Shown: positions 49,645 to 62,004, numbered from the whole stretch's first letter. The stretch: DNA of 62,004 nucleotides, filler included, from Actinomycetota bacterium (GCA_025963875.1; 5 parts of 5 records of this genome joined end to end with filler, not necessarily neighbours in it); one strand, 5' to 3'. The notes: generated by a model from the sequence alone, not told the origin. Program-made: numbers and translations.

Positions 49645-49661
49645 CCCCCGCCTCGGCGGGG
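49645..49661 (+). terminator. GC hairpin immediately after the stop codon
   Basis: CCCCGCC-TC-GGCGGGG, no U tail. Confidence 0.45.
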
Positions 49662-49685
49662 TCCGTGCCGGTCGACGCAGAACTC

Positions 49686-49722
49686 GGGAGAAAATTGCGC
49701 GTATGACGCGCGAAAAACTCTT
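49686..49722. repeat. REP-like hairpin with A-rich internal loop
   Basis: GGGAG-AAAA-TTGCGCGT-ATG-ACGCGCG-AAAAA-CTCTT. Confidence 0.7.
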
Positions 49723-49865
49723 CGCTTCCGGTCCACATGCCTCTGACCTGCCCCTTTGTCCCAGGATTTCCCCCAGACCCCACAAATCTGCAAGGGTATG
49801 TGGCTCAAGACGGGCTAGCCGGGCGCCGAGTAGTTGGCAGGACTTCCGACGGCAGGAGGCACGCG

Positions 49866-50420
49866 GTGGGGTTGGGGGAGAACTTCCAGACCACCCTCGA
49901 TGCAGCCAGACAGGCTGCACCGTGGGCATGGTCCGCCATCTACGAAGAGCTCGCCTCGGCGGTCACGGGCTACCTCCGGGCCAACGGCGTGCCGGACCCC
50001 GACGACGTGACGGCCGAGGTCTTCCTGCGGGTGGTCCAGGATCTCGGCAAGTTCGAGGGCGACGAGCCGCACTTCCGGTCCTGGGTCTTCGTCATCGCTC
50101 ACCACCGCATGGTCGACGACCGGCGCCGGCGCATCCGCCACCCCCAGGCCACGCTGCGTCTCGAGATGCTGGAGGGCCGGGCCCACGGCAACGTGGAGCG
50201 TGAGGCGATGGACCACCTCACTACCGGCACCGTGCAGGCGATCATCAACCGCTGCGCCGCCGACCAGCGGGAGGTGCTGCTGCTCAGGGTCATCGCCGGC
50301 CTGACGCTGGCGGAGACCGCCGAGGTCGTCGGCAAGAGCCTCGGTGCGGTCAAGGCACTGCAACGACGGGGGATTGCCGCCATAGCCCGGGAATTCTCGA
50401 CGGAAGGCGTACCGTTTTGA
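49866..50420 (+). CDS. ECF RNA polymerase sigma factor, cassette 2
   Basis: LGENFQTTLDAAR, DDVTAEVFL, FRSWVFVIAHHRMVD, KSLGAVKALQRRG; SD AGGAGG. Confidence 0.93.
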   Translation: MGLGENFQTTLDAARQAAPWAWSAIYEELASAVTGYLRANGVPDPDDVTAEVFLRVVQDLGKFEGDEPHFRSWVFVIAHHRMVDDRRRRIRHPQATLRLEMLEGRAHGNVEREAMDHLTTGTVQAIINRCAADQREVLLLRVIAGLTLAETAEVVGKSLGAVKALQRRGIAAIAREFSTEGVPF

Positions 50421-51835
50421 GGCCGGTCGACGGTAGCGGGGGTGAGATGGACGACCTCGGCCACATGAGCGACGCGGACCTTGATCGGCTCCTCGCCGGC
50501 AAGGCCGGTGGCGGCGCGGACGATGCCGAGGCCCTCGCCGCCTTCTTTCACCAGGTGAGGTCCCGGTACGTCACCCAGCCGTCCTCGGCGACGCGGGAGG
50601 ACCATCTCTCGAAGATCCTCGCGGCGGCCCGGCTCAACGCCGAGCCGGGGCAACCCTCCGCAGAGCCCAGCCCGACCGAAGACCCGGGCCGCCGGCCCCG
50701 GTGGAAGAAGCGACTGGTACTCGGCAGCATCTTTGGTGGGTCCATCACCGCCAAGATCGCCCTCATCGGGGTGGTGGCGGCTACCGCGGCCACCGGCGGC
50801 CTGGCCGCAGCGGGGTCCCTGCCGAGCGCGTTGCAGAGCGCGGTTGCCGGGGCGGCCGGCAATGTCGGCGTCCGGATCCCGAACCCCCAGGCGACTGCCA
50901 AGGCCAACGCCCAGGTCCAGGCCGGCAAGGTGGCCTCAACGGTGGATCACCTTGTCGAGGAGGTGGCCACCGCGGCCGAGCAGGCCCCGAAGCTGACAAC
51001 CTCCACGGTGGCGTCGACCCAGGCCTGCACGCAGAACGTGGAAACCATCGCCTCCCAGTTGCTCGGCTCGGCGGGAGGCGCCAGCAACCCCGCCCTTGCC
51101 CAGTCACTTGCCGAGCGCGCCACGGCGCTGGCCCAGGAGTCGGTCGGGTGCGCCCTGCCGGCGATCGGCAGCGTGGCCAGCCCATCCGCGGGCACAAAGT
51201 CGACCGACGCCGATACCGCCAGGGACACCGCGGCGGCCAAGGCCATCTCCGGCGCGATCCAGGGCTGCGCCACCCCGCTCAGGTCGGCGATCCAGACGCT
51301 GGTGCAGGCGGCGATCATGGCCAGGACCGGCGCCCAGCTCCAGGCGCTTGCCCAGGACGCCAAGGCAGTCGCCACCGCAGCGCAGGGCTGCGCCCAGGGC
51401 GTCGGCTCGGCCCTGCAGGGAGTGCTCTCCAACCTGCCGATGGTCGCGGCTCCGAAGACGCCGACCCGGACGACGCCCACCCCCGGCGCCAACGGGTGGA
51501 GCGGCCTCTTCAACCTCGTGCCGAACCTGCCCAAGGGCCAACCGGGCGGTGCACCCACGCCGGGCGCCCCGGCGCCGAAGGGAACCACGCCCAGCAACCC
51601 CGCCGCCTGGTGGACGCAGTTCCTGTCCCAGCTCCCCAGCCAGATCCCGAAGGCAGGCAGCACCAGCCTCCCCGGCATGCCTGCCACGACCCCCTCCCCC
51701 GGGAGCGGGTCGTGGTCGGGGCTGACCGGGTCGTGGAACGGGTCGGGTTCCTGGAGCCCCTACCCGTCGGCGTCGTCCACCCCGGGTCCGAAGCAACAGA
51801 GCGACGACAGCGGCCAGAGCACGCACCACCACTAA
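50417..51835 (+). CDS. Single-TM putative anti-sigma factor, cassette 2
   Basis: TTGA-coupled; LDRLLAGK, ATAATGGLAAAGSLP; helical extracellular part with 4 Cys. Confidence 0.7.
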   Translation: MRPVDGSGGEMDDLGHMSDADLDRLLAGKAGGGADDAEALAAFFHQVRSRYVTQPSSATREDHLSKILAAARLNAEPGQPSAEPSPTEDPGRRPRWKKRLVLGSIFGGSITAKIALIGVVAATAATGGLAAAGSLPSALQSAVAGAAGNVGVRIPNPQATAKANAQVQAGKVASTVDHLVEEVATAAEQAPKLTTSTVASTQACTQNVETIASQLLGSAGGASNPALAQSLAERATALAQESVGCALPAIGSVASPSAGTKSTDADTARDTAAAKAISGAIQGCATPLRSAIQTLVQAAIMARTGAQLQALAQDAKAVATAAQGCAQGVGSALQGVLSNLPMVAAPKTPTRTTPTPGANGWSGLFNLVPNLPKGQPGGAPTPGAPAPKGTTPSNPAAWWTQFLSQLPSQIPKAGSTSLPGMPATTPSPGSGSWSGLTGSWNGSGSWSPYPSASSTPGPKQQSDDSGQSTHHH

Positions 51836-51888
51836 GGGCCCTCTCGCGCGTCTGCGCGCGTTGCGCTCCTAAGGTCCGCAGTCGCCGC

Positions 51889-52662
51889 TCACGCGAAGAG
51901 GTTGAGGTCCTGTCCGGGGAGGAGCAGGTGCCAGGCGTCGCCCTCGATGAAGCGGGCGACGCCCCTGCCGGCAACGCGGGCGTGGCCCCGTTCCAGCAGG
52001 ACCGCCGTGTCCTCGTCGATGCCGAAGACCCGGCACGCCCCGGCAATCTGCGAGGTCAGCGCCTCGGCCTCCGACCAGGCATCGAAATGGGGGACGACCG
52101 CCATGCCCTGCAGCATCCCGAGCCCCGGCTGCCACGCCGTGGGGGTGCCGTCGCCATCCTCGGGCCGGTGGACGAGGGTCCAGTCGCCGAGGACCATCGC
52201 CCCGGCGCTGCAGCCCATCAACCATGCCCCCTCGTGCCGGGCCAGGAGGAAGCCGTTCCAGAGCGGCGACCCCTCCAGCGCCTCGAGCAGGCGGGCCGGC
52301 TTGCCGCCGGAGATGTAGAGGAGGTCGGCCCGCTCGATCTGCTCGACGTTCTCCGGCTCCTCGGCGTCGCTGCGCTCGAGCACCATGAGGGCGATGGACC
52401 GGGCCCCGAGGCGGAGAAAGTGCCCGACCCCCCAGGTCGCCCACTCCTCGGGGTTCTCGCCGGCGGATGCCGTGGGGAGGATGACCACCCGCGGGGACGG
52501 CCCGATCGTGGCGAGGATCTCGCGGTCGATGTCGGCCATGGCCGGAGTGAACTCGCCGCTGCCAACCAGACCGATCCTGGAGTAAGCGAGCGGATCTTCG
52601 ACGGAACCAACCTTTCTCGTTCGCGCTGTCGGGTGAGCGGGCCGACATGCGAGGGCGGGCAT
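51889..52662 (-). CDS. Peptidase S51/cyanophycinase-like protein (start uncertain)
   Basis: LVGSGEF, ILPTAS, YISGG, GCSAGAM, VPHFD, GIDEDTA. Confidence 0.85.
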   Translation of the reverse strand: MPALACRPAHPTARTRKVGSVEDPLAYSRIGLVGSGEFTPAMADIDREILATIGPSPRVVILPTASAGENPEEWATWGVGHFLRLGARSIALMVLERSDAEEPENVEQIERADLLYISGGKPARLLEALEGSPLWNGFLLARHEGAWLMGCSAGAMVLGDWTLVHRPEDGDGTPTAWQPGLGMLQGMAVVPHFDAWSEAEALTSQIAGACRVFGIDEDTAVLLERGHARVAGRGVARFIEGDAWHLLLPGQDLNLFA

Positions 52663-52882
52663 TTTAGTCGGGCCGCGGGGGAGCCGGTGTTCCCGGCCTC
52701 GGCCGGTGCCGAAGCCTAAACCCATCCCACTTGTCTACCGGGGGGAGGAGGCGAGCACTGTGAGGCGCTGAATCACGAGCGACGGCACACTTCGCCTTGG
52801 GTCCCGAGCATTGAGCGGCTCGTTTGGATTTAGGTCCGAGCAGGGCAGCGGCTCGCCAGCTGCGTCGAGTGGTGGACGTCGA

Positions 52883-55649
<2,767 letters not shown>

Positions 55650-55664
55650 GCCCTGAGCCTAACC

Positions 55665-55690
55665 AAAATACTGGAGTGAGTCTAGATCTG
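55665..55690 (-). promoter_or_regulatory. Putative FurA operator
   Basis: Minus-strand TCTAGACTCACTCCAG resembles the mycobacterial furA autoregulatory site as I recall it (TCTTGACTAATTCCAG). Confidence 0.5.
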
Positions 55691-56189
55691 GCTGGATACG
55701 ATTTCCCGACTGGATCGCCATCCCATCGATGAGCGCATGGCACGTCGTCGTCACCAAGCGCGTGGTATCGAGCCCACAACTCCAGCATCGTGGCCGGCCA
55801 CCTGGCCCGGCGAGATCTTGCTCTCCCACGAGCTGCCTGACGAACGGGCCTTCATGGACGTTGCTCTCCTCAGGGCGCTGTTCGCGCAGGCCAGCCTCCG
55901 CTGGTGCACTGCTCATCGGCGAAGCCGGTGCCGGACCTTCTCGGCTACCCGACAGGACGGGGATCGCCATTCGTCCTGGATGTGCTCGGCCATGCTGGCC
56001 CGCCCCCACCGCCGCTGCTGAGTGATAGATCCGTCGTCTCATGGCTTCCTCCCCATGCTGGTAGTCGCGTGCATCCGGACCGCGTGGTCGGTGTCGATCA
56101 GGGCTACCTCGCGGGGGCTGATCTGGTCCTCGACGAGCTGCAGCGGTCCCGGGGCACCCACGTCTCCGCTGACTTCCGACAACCGCCTC

Positions 56190-56542
56190 GTGATCGCGGC
56201 CCTCCGGCGCTTCGGAAGGGCTCGGAGCGGCACGTCGGACAGGCTGTTGGGGTGGGACGGTACGGTGGGTCGACTTCACCTGCGCGCCGTGCCGGCGGGA
56301 CGACTTCATCGACTGCCGCAAACTCCGAGTGACGGGCCTCGCTTTCGACAGCGGGTACGCCGAGGCGATGCTCGTTCCCGCCACGCTCTCGCCGCCATTC
56401 CCGGCGGGCTGAACCCCGAAGAGGCGCGCCCCTGCTGTGTGCCGGTGTGACGACGTTCAACGCCTTGCGGCGCTCTCTCGCCTTGCCGGGCGACGTGGTC
56501 GCGGTCCGGGGTCTCGGTGGGCTTGGCCACGTCGGCGTACAG
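56190..56542 (+). pseudogene. Frameshifted Zn-dependent alcohol dehydrogenase fragment
   Basis: Across frames: [56 protein letters not shown]. Confidence 0.8.
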
Positions 56543-56761
56543 GCGGAACGCTGCGCAATCCGGACCTACACGGACATCTGCAACTACACCGCGGGCAAGG
56601 ACCACCGCACGTACGACCTTGCGCTTGCGATCCTCAACGAGGAGGTCGAGCACGAGGCACGGTTCTCCGAGTTCCTGGGCGAGGGCCCGACCGGCCACTT
56701 CCGCCGCGGCGCCCCCGGCGACTCGCCGTACGTCCGTCGCTTCATGACCGCCGGCAGCTGA
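56543..56761 (+). pseudogene. C-terminal fragment of DPS-like (DpsL) ferritin-superfamily protein
   Basis: [55 protein letters not shown]. Confidence 0.8.
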
Positions 56762-57075
56762 ACCGAGACGCCGGGGAGACCCCCGCCCTTCCCTCGGACG
56801 ACCGCAGGCGCGTGCTGCTGGCGCGCCTGCGGTCGGGAGAGGTCTGCGCCACGGCCCCCACCTGCCCCCACGAGGCTGCCCGGCTCGCCGACGGCGCCAT
56901 CCGCGGCGACGCCCTGGACTGCCCGCTGCACCATTACCTCTTCGACCTGCGGACCGGCAGGAACCTTTATCCCTGGCGCGTCTACCCGCGCTGGAAGCGG
57001 GAAGAGGTGGGCTGCCTGGACCTGCGGACCTTCCCCTGCCGGGAGGAGTCGGGTTGGATCCTGGTCGGGTCGTAG
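56758..57075 (+). CDS. Rieske 2Fe-2S ferredoxin (start unclear, possibly degraded)
   Basis: TCPHE...[14 protein letters not shown]. Confidence 0.75.
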   Translation: MNRDAGETPALPSDDRRRVLLARLRSGEVCATAPTCPHEAARLADGAIRGDALDCPLHHYLFDLRTGRNLYPWRVYPRWKREEVGCLDLRTFPCREESGWILVGS

Positions 57076-57310
57076 CGATGCGTGTCATGGTTTGAGCCGA
57101 TCACACGAATCACGGGCACCGGAACTCTCGCAACATTAACGAACAATAACTTCAGAACGGCTCTGTCCCCGCCGAGTGTTCATAGAAGAACCGCACGATG
57201 CGTCGGGCGGGAGGGCCGCGCGGATTTTTCCGCCTGTGACCCGGCAGGGGAGTTCCCGTTCGGCGCCAGAGCCTCGAAGCCTGATTGTGAAGCCCTGGGG
57301 GGACAACTAC

Positions 57311-59058
57311 ATGCAGCGATCCACGAGGCCGTCGGCGCGTCCGGCCAAGGCCCGGTACGTCCACCGACTCCGCAGCTACGTCCGGATCCCGTTCGCGCGC
57401 GCAGGACGGGCGGTTGCCGTGGCCGCCTGCCTCGGCAGCCTTGCGACCGCGCAGCTCCTGGTCTTCGCCGCGGTCGGTGCTCCACCGGCGGCGGCTGCCA
57501 CCGATCCGGTGCTCATGGCGGCCGGGGACGTCGGTTGCGACCCGACCACCAACACTCCCGCCAACTGCCCCATGAACGACACCGCGGCGCTCATCAACAG
57601 CGCCAAGCCGGGCTACGTCCTGGCCCTCGGCGATATCCAGTACACCGACAACCTTCCCCCCGGGAGCCCTCCGACCCCGAGCATGTACCTGCAGGGGTAC
57701 GACTCCGCATGGGGCCAGATCCCGGCGTCGGTCCCGGGCGTCTCGATCAACCCCGTCGCGGGGAACCACGACTGGGCTGACCCCAACGACACCAACAGCG
57801 CGTCAGGGGCCACGCTGGCGAACTACATCAGCTACTTCAATTCCAAGGGGCAGCTGCGCTCGGGCGTCACCGCCAGCACGCCCTGGTACAGCTTCAACAT
57901 CCCGGTCTCGGGCGGCAGCTGGCACGTGATCATGCTCGACAACGAGTGCGGGTCCGACGGCGGCTGTGGGGCGGGATCCGCACAGGAGACCTTCCTGCGC
58001 AACGACCTCGCCGCCAACCCAGGTGTCTGCACCATCGCGGCGTGGCACCGGCCGCGGTTCTCCTCCGGCGCCATCGGGAACCGCTCCGAGTACGCCCAGT
58101 TCTGGACCGACCTCTCCAACGCCCACGCCAGCGTCGTGATGGCCGGCTCGGACCACGACTACGAGCGGTTCAACCCGCAGACCCCCGCCCAGGTGGCCTC
58201 ATCCACCGGCATCGCCCAGTACGTCGTCGGCACCGGCGGGGCGTTCCTGCCGGGCAACTTCGGCACCGTCCAGCCCAACTCGGCCTTCCGTGACGCCAGC
58301 CACTGGGGAGTCCTGAAGATGACCCTCCACGCCGGCAGCTACGACCACGCCTTCGTGACCACCAGCGGGTCCACCCTGGACGCCGGTACCGTGAACTGCT
58401 CGAGCACTCCCACCACACCGGCGGTGTCGGGGCTCAACCCCACGACCGGGCCGGCCGCCGGCGGCAACTCGGTGGTCATCTCCGGCACCAACTTCACCGG
58501 GGCCACGTCGGTCAAGTTCGGGAGCATCGCCGCCACCGGCGTGACGGTCAACAGCGCCACCCAGATCACCGTGACCGCCCCGGCAGGGACGGCCGGCACC
58601 ACGGTGGACGTGACCGTCGTGACGCCGAGCGGGACCAGCATCACCAACACGTCGGACCGGTATGCCTACCAGACGACGCAACCCCAGGTGAACGGCGTCA
58701 GCCCGCTGTCGGGGCCGGCCGCGGGTGGGACCTCGGTGACCATTTCGGGGATCAACCTGTCCGGGGCCACCGGTGTGAAGTTCGGCACAACCCCAGCGGC
58801 GAGCTTCACGGCAGTGTCCGGGTCGCAGGTGACGGCCGTCTCGCCCCCCGGCACCGACCAGACATCGGTCGACGTCACCGTCACGACGCCGGTGGGCACG
58901 AGCGCGACCGGGCCGGGTGACAAGTTCACCTACGGCACGATCACCACCCCGCCCACGGTCGCCGCGGTCACGCCCATCTCGGGTCCGTCGACCGGGGGCA
59001 ACTCGGTGTCGATCACCGGCTCCAGCTTCACCGGTGCGTCCGCCGTCAAGTTCGGGAC
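57311..59058 (+). CDS. Secreted metallophosphoesterase with IPT/TIG repeats (3' truncated)
   Basis: Signal peptide; AAGD, LGDIQY, GNHD, WH, GSDHDYER; repeated P.SGP..GG.SV.I.G.NF.GA..VKFG. Confidence 0.9.
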
Positions 59059-59158
59059 NNNNNNNNNNNNNNNNNNNNNNNNNNNNNNNNNNNNNNNNNN
59101 NNTTAATTAATTAANNNNNNNNNNNNNNNNNNNNNNNNNNNNNNNNNNNNNNNNNNNN
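59059..59158. other. Artificial contig spacer
   Basis: N44-TTAATTAATTAA-N44. Confidence 0.99.
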
Positions 59159-59820
59159 CCGACCTCCTCCACGAATCGGGGGACCGGACGGCATCGACGC
59201 GGGCGATCTGCGAGCGGGCCGGCGTGCAGGCCCCGACGCTGTACCACCACTTCGGCAGCAAGCAGGGGCTGATCGACGCGGTCATTCAGCATGGCTTCAA
59301 CCAGTACGTGCAGCCGGCGCGACCGGCAGGCGAGACCATCGATCCGATCGACTCCATCCGCCACGGGTGGGACCGCCACGTCCAGTTCGGCCTGGAGCAC
59401 CCGAACTTCTACGCCCTCCTGTACGGCAACGTCGAGCGTGGCAAGCCGTGCGCCATCACCTCGCCCGCCCTGGCCCGGCTGACCGAGCTCCTCCGGGAGG
59501 CCGCCCGCAGGGGACAGCTCCGTGTCCCCCCCGCCGCCGCCGCCGCCCACCTCCTCGCAGCCAATGTTGGCGTCACCCTCAGTCTCATCGCCCAACCCGA
59601 AGAGCATCCCGACCTCTCGCTCTCCCACCAGGCCCGCGAGGCCGCGCTGGACGCCATCTGCGCAGAACACGCCACCGGGTCGGCCGGGCCCGGACGGGCG
59701 GCAGCCGCCATCGCCCTGGCAGCGACGCTGGACGACAAGAGCGATCTCAGCGCCGGCGAAACGGCCCTCCTCCGAGAGCTACTCCAGCGACTGGCCACAC
59801 CCAGCACGGCATCCCGCTGA
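59159..59820 (+). CDS. TetR-family regulator (5' partial)
   Basis: STRAICERAGVQAPTLYHHFGSKQGL. Confidence 0.92.
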
Positions 59821-61374
59821 CCCGCGCACGGACGTCAGGGCGCGAGCGAGCCGCTGCACACCGACATGGATCTCCAAAGGCGTGAGGCTCGCGTAGCCGA
59901 GCAGGAGCGCCGCGCGGGGATAGGGATGCAGCGAGTGCAAGGACAGCGGCCAGACATCCACGCCGTTGTCGGCCGCTTCGCGCGTGACCATGCCATCGTC
60001 CAGGCCGGGGCCCAGCCACCCGATCAGGTGCAAGCCGTTGTCGGACGGGTTGACGTCGACGATCCCTTCGAGGTCGCGCCTGACTGCTGCCACGAGGATG
60101 GCCTGCCGTTCTGCGTAGAGGACGCGCATGCGTCGCAGGTGGCGTTCGAACTGACCGTCCTGGATGAAGTCGGACAGGACAGCTTGTTCCAGCATGTGGG
60201 CGTGCATGTCGGTGGCCAAATGGGCGGCGATGAAGGGGTCCACCAGTTGTGGTGGCGCCACGAGGTACCCGAGTCGAAGCCCGGGGAAGAGCACCTTGCT
60301 GAACGTGCCTACATAGATGACGCAACCCCACTCGTCGATGCCCTGGAGCGCGGTGAGGGGCTTGCCCACATAGCGGAACTCGGCGTCGTAGTCGTCTTCC
60401 ACCACCCATGAGCCCGTGCCATGCGCCCAGTCGATGAGCGCCAGGCGGCGGGAGAGGCTCATGGTCACACCCAGGGGGAACTGGTGTGAGGGAGTGACAA
60501 CCGCCAGCCTGGCATCAGGCGAGGACCCCTTGCCGCTCGCCACGTCGAGTCCCTCGTCGTCGACCGGGACAGGCACCAGCTGGGCTCCCGCAGCGGCCAG
60601 CGCGGCACGCGCCCCGAGATAGCCGGGATCCTCGATCCAGGCGGGATCGCCAGGATCCAGGAGCAGTCGTGCACACAGATCCAGGGCCTGCTGGGAACCG
60701 GTGACGATGATGACCTGCTCGGCGGTGCACCGGACGCCGCGCGCCGTCGCAAGGTGCGCGGCGATGGCGTGACGGAGCGGCAGGTATCCAGCCGGATGGC
60801 TGTAGCGCATCAGGTGCCGGGGGGACTCTCGCATCCGTCGGGCCAACAGTCGCGCCCAGACGTCCCACGGGAATGCGTCGAGATCGGGGAGCCCGATCGT
60901 GAACGCCCGTTGGTCGGCAGAACGGCCGGACAGGGCCGGAAGCGGCGTGCGGGCCCCGGTGGCGATCCGCTCCCCACGCTCGGACAGGCGCCGCGCCGGC
61001 CCGCTGGCTCGAGGCGCTGCCGGCAGTGCCCCGGATGTCGCTGGCGTCTGAGGTCCTGCCGCGAGCAGCTCCTCGGGGAGCGTCCGGGCCACGTAGGTCC
61101 CCGAGCCCAGCCGTCCCTCCAGATACCCCTCGGCATGGAGCTGTTCAAATGCTGCCAGCACAGTGTTCCGGGAGACTCCCATCTGCGCCGCGAGCGCCCG
61201 CGTCGAGGGGAGCCGTGTCCCAGCGGAGACCTGGCCGCCAAGGATGCTCGCGCGCAGGTGCTCGTACAGATGCCGGTACAGCGGAACGGTGTCAGATGGG
61301 TTCAGGGACCGGCCCGGCAGCGTAGTAACCGACCCCTCCTGTCGGTTGGCGAAGTGGTACCTCTCCAATGACAC
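59779..61374 (-). CDS. MocR/GabR-family GntR regulator with PLP aminotransferase domain (start uncertain)
   Basis: RLPSTRALA...VSRNTV, TPSHQFPLG, EDDYDAEF, GTFSKVLFPGLRLG. Confidence 0.93.
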   Translation of the reverse strand: MSLERYHFANRQEGSVTTLPGRSLNPSDTVPLYRHLYEHLRASILGGQVSAGTRLPSTRALAAQMGVSRNTVLAAFEQLHAEGYLEGRLGSGTYVARTLPEELLAAGPQTPATSGALPAAPRASGPARRLSERGERIATGARTPLPALSGRSADQRAFTIGLPDLDAFPWDVWARLLARRMRESPRHLMRYSHPAGYLPLRHAIAAHLATARGVRCTAEQVIIVTGSQQALDLCARLLLDPGDPAWIEDPGYLGARAALAAAGAQLVPVPVDDEGLDVASGKGSSPDARLAVVTPSHQFPLGVTMSLSRRLALIDWAHGTGSWVVEDDYDAEFRYVGKPLTALQGIDEWGCVIYVGTFSKVLFPGLRLGYLVAPPQLVDPFIAAHLATDMHAHMLEQAVLSDFIQDGQFERHLRRMRVLYAERQAILVAAVRRDLEGIVDVNPSDNGLHLIGWLGPGLDDGMVTREAADNGVDVWPLSLHSLHPYPRAALLLGYASLTPLEIHVGVQRLARALTSVRGSAGCRAGCGQSLE

Positions 61375-61400
61375 GAACTGGCGCTTGACCAAGAGCCACT
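61352..61400. promoter_or_regulatory. Putative MocR operator (TGG...CCA repeats)
   Basis: AAGTGGTACCTCTCCAAT and AACTGGCGCTTGACCAAGAGCCACT between the divergent genes. Confidence 0.55.
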
Positions 61401-61499
61401 GTCCTTTAGCATATTAGACGGGGATTGTGTCGGAGATGTTTCGTAGTTTAACGGATGGCTATTGGTTGTATGTCCACGGGTTTGTCGATGGAGAGGGGG

Positions 61500-61955
61500 A
61501 TGACTGTGGCGCAATATATGAGCATGCAGGCTGTTCGCTTTCGGAGTAAAAACGACTACGAACGGTTTCAAATGCTCTTCAAAGAGGCGATCAAAGCTGC
61601 TTCCTTAATTCCTGGCTTCATCAGCATTACCTGGTGGACGCATCCCGAAGATCCCGAACTGTTCCTCGAAACCAGCATCTGGGATAACAAAGATGCACCG
61701 AATGGTTGGCACAAAGATGGGTTCCACAAGAAGCTGAAGGAGTGGGGAGTCCAGGGGCCCATCATCGAGGACCAGGTCACCAACTGGTCACTGGAGGACG
61801 CGAAGATCCTTCGGGTGTGCCCGGTGTGCGGAAGCGGGATCGCTCGGGAGTTCGACCTCCGCCAGGAGATCGAGAACAAGCGGATCACCTGCGAATGTGG
61901 TTTTGCCTTCCCCTATCTCGACACCACGAACCGGTTCACCGTCTACACGGGATGA
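61500..61955 (+). CDS. ABM-like (dimeric alpha-beta barrel) protein with C-terminal Zn ribbon
   Basis: PGFIS, SIWDNKDA...WH...HKK; CPVC...CECG; SD GAGAGGGGG. Confidence 0.7.
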   Translation: MTVAQYMSMQAVRFRSKNDYERFQMLFKEAIKAASLIPGFISITWWTHPEDPELFLETSIWDNKDAPNGWHKDGFHKKLKEWGVQGPIIEDQVTNWSLEDAKILRVCPVCGSGIAREFDLRQEIENKRITCECGFAFPYLDTTNRFTVYTG

Positions 61956-62004
61956 GCACCCGGCCCGCCACGGCGGACGAGGTGCTCGAAGGTGGGCTCG
62001 TCGG
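61952..62004 (+). CDS. Start of a downstream coupled ORF (runs off the window)
   Basis: ATGA overlap; MSTRPATADEVLEGGL. Confidence 0.45.
   Translation, partial: MSTRPATADEVLEGGLV

Noticed and set aside
50701..52719. Long alternative-frame ORFs (e.g. 672 aa here, 33331-35031, 41275-43101, 26334-27860)
   Set aside because: Arg/Pro/Gly-rich shadow ORFs typical of high-GC DNA, overlapping well-supported genes.
52690..52880. Possible ncRNA or att site between the S51 peptidase and katG
   Set aside because: No recognisable conserved motif or convincing structure.
55700..56190. Short ORFs between furA and the adh relic
   Set aside because: No recognisable motifs or consistent frame; probably decayed sequence, so left uncalled.

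Overview
This is a high-GC, actinobacterial-type window, probably from a soil metagenome-assembled genome (inferred from furA-katG, clpC2, DUF501-ppx and frequent leaderless starts). It consists of five contigs joined by artificial 100-nt N/TTAATTAATTAA spacers (14043-14142, 19833-19932, 27813-27912, 59059-59158), so adjacency across spacers means nothing. Contig 1: HtrA, GAF-LuxR and two-component genes, an aldo/keto reductase, a REC-GGDEF-EAL/PAS kinase/Rcp1 module, a 423-bp inverted-repeat-bounded relic with a TnpB-like fragment, vapBC, and clpC2 with operator palindromes. Contig 2: a paoABC-like molybdoenzyme and an orphan protein combining an eCIS-type leader, an NleD/M91-like HExxH protease and a J-domain. 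Contig 3: a DUF3494 ice-binding protein between DUF501 and ppx, a cyclophilin, three DUF421 paralogs and an MFS transporter. Contig 4: a biuret-catabolism operon (ABC transporter, a BiuH paralog lacking its catalytic triad, BiuH, an atypical amidase), peptidoglycan hydrolase lipoproteins, two paralogous ECF sigma/anti-sigma cassettes, HD-GYP, lipid enzymes, a CBM21-like protein with a histone-H1-like tail, furA-katG next to a decayed adh/dpsL/Rieske chimera, and an IPT/TIG metallophosphoesterase. Contig 5: TetR, MocR and an AT-richer ABM-zinc-ribbon gene. A dispersed family of intergenic hairpins with A-rich internal loops recurs on four contigs. I found no rRNA, tRNA or CRISPR array. All family calls come from motif recognition by eye; no database searches were run.
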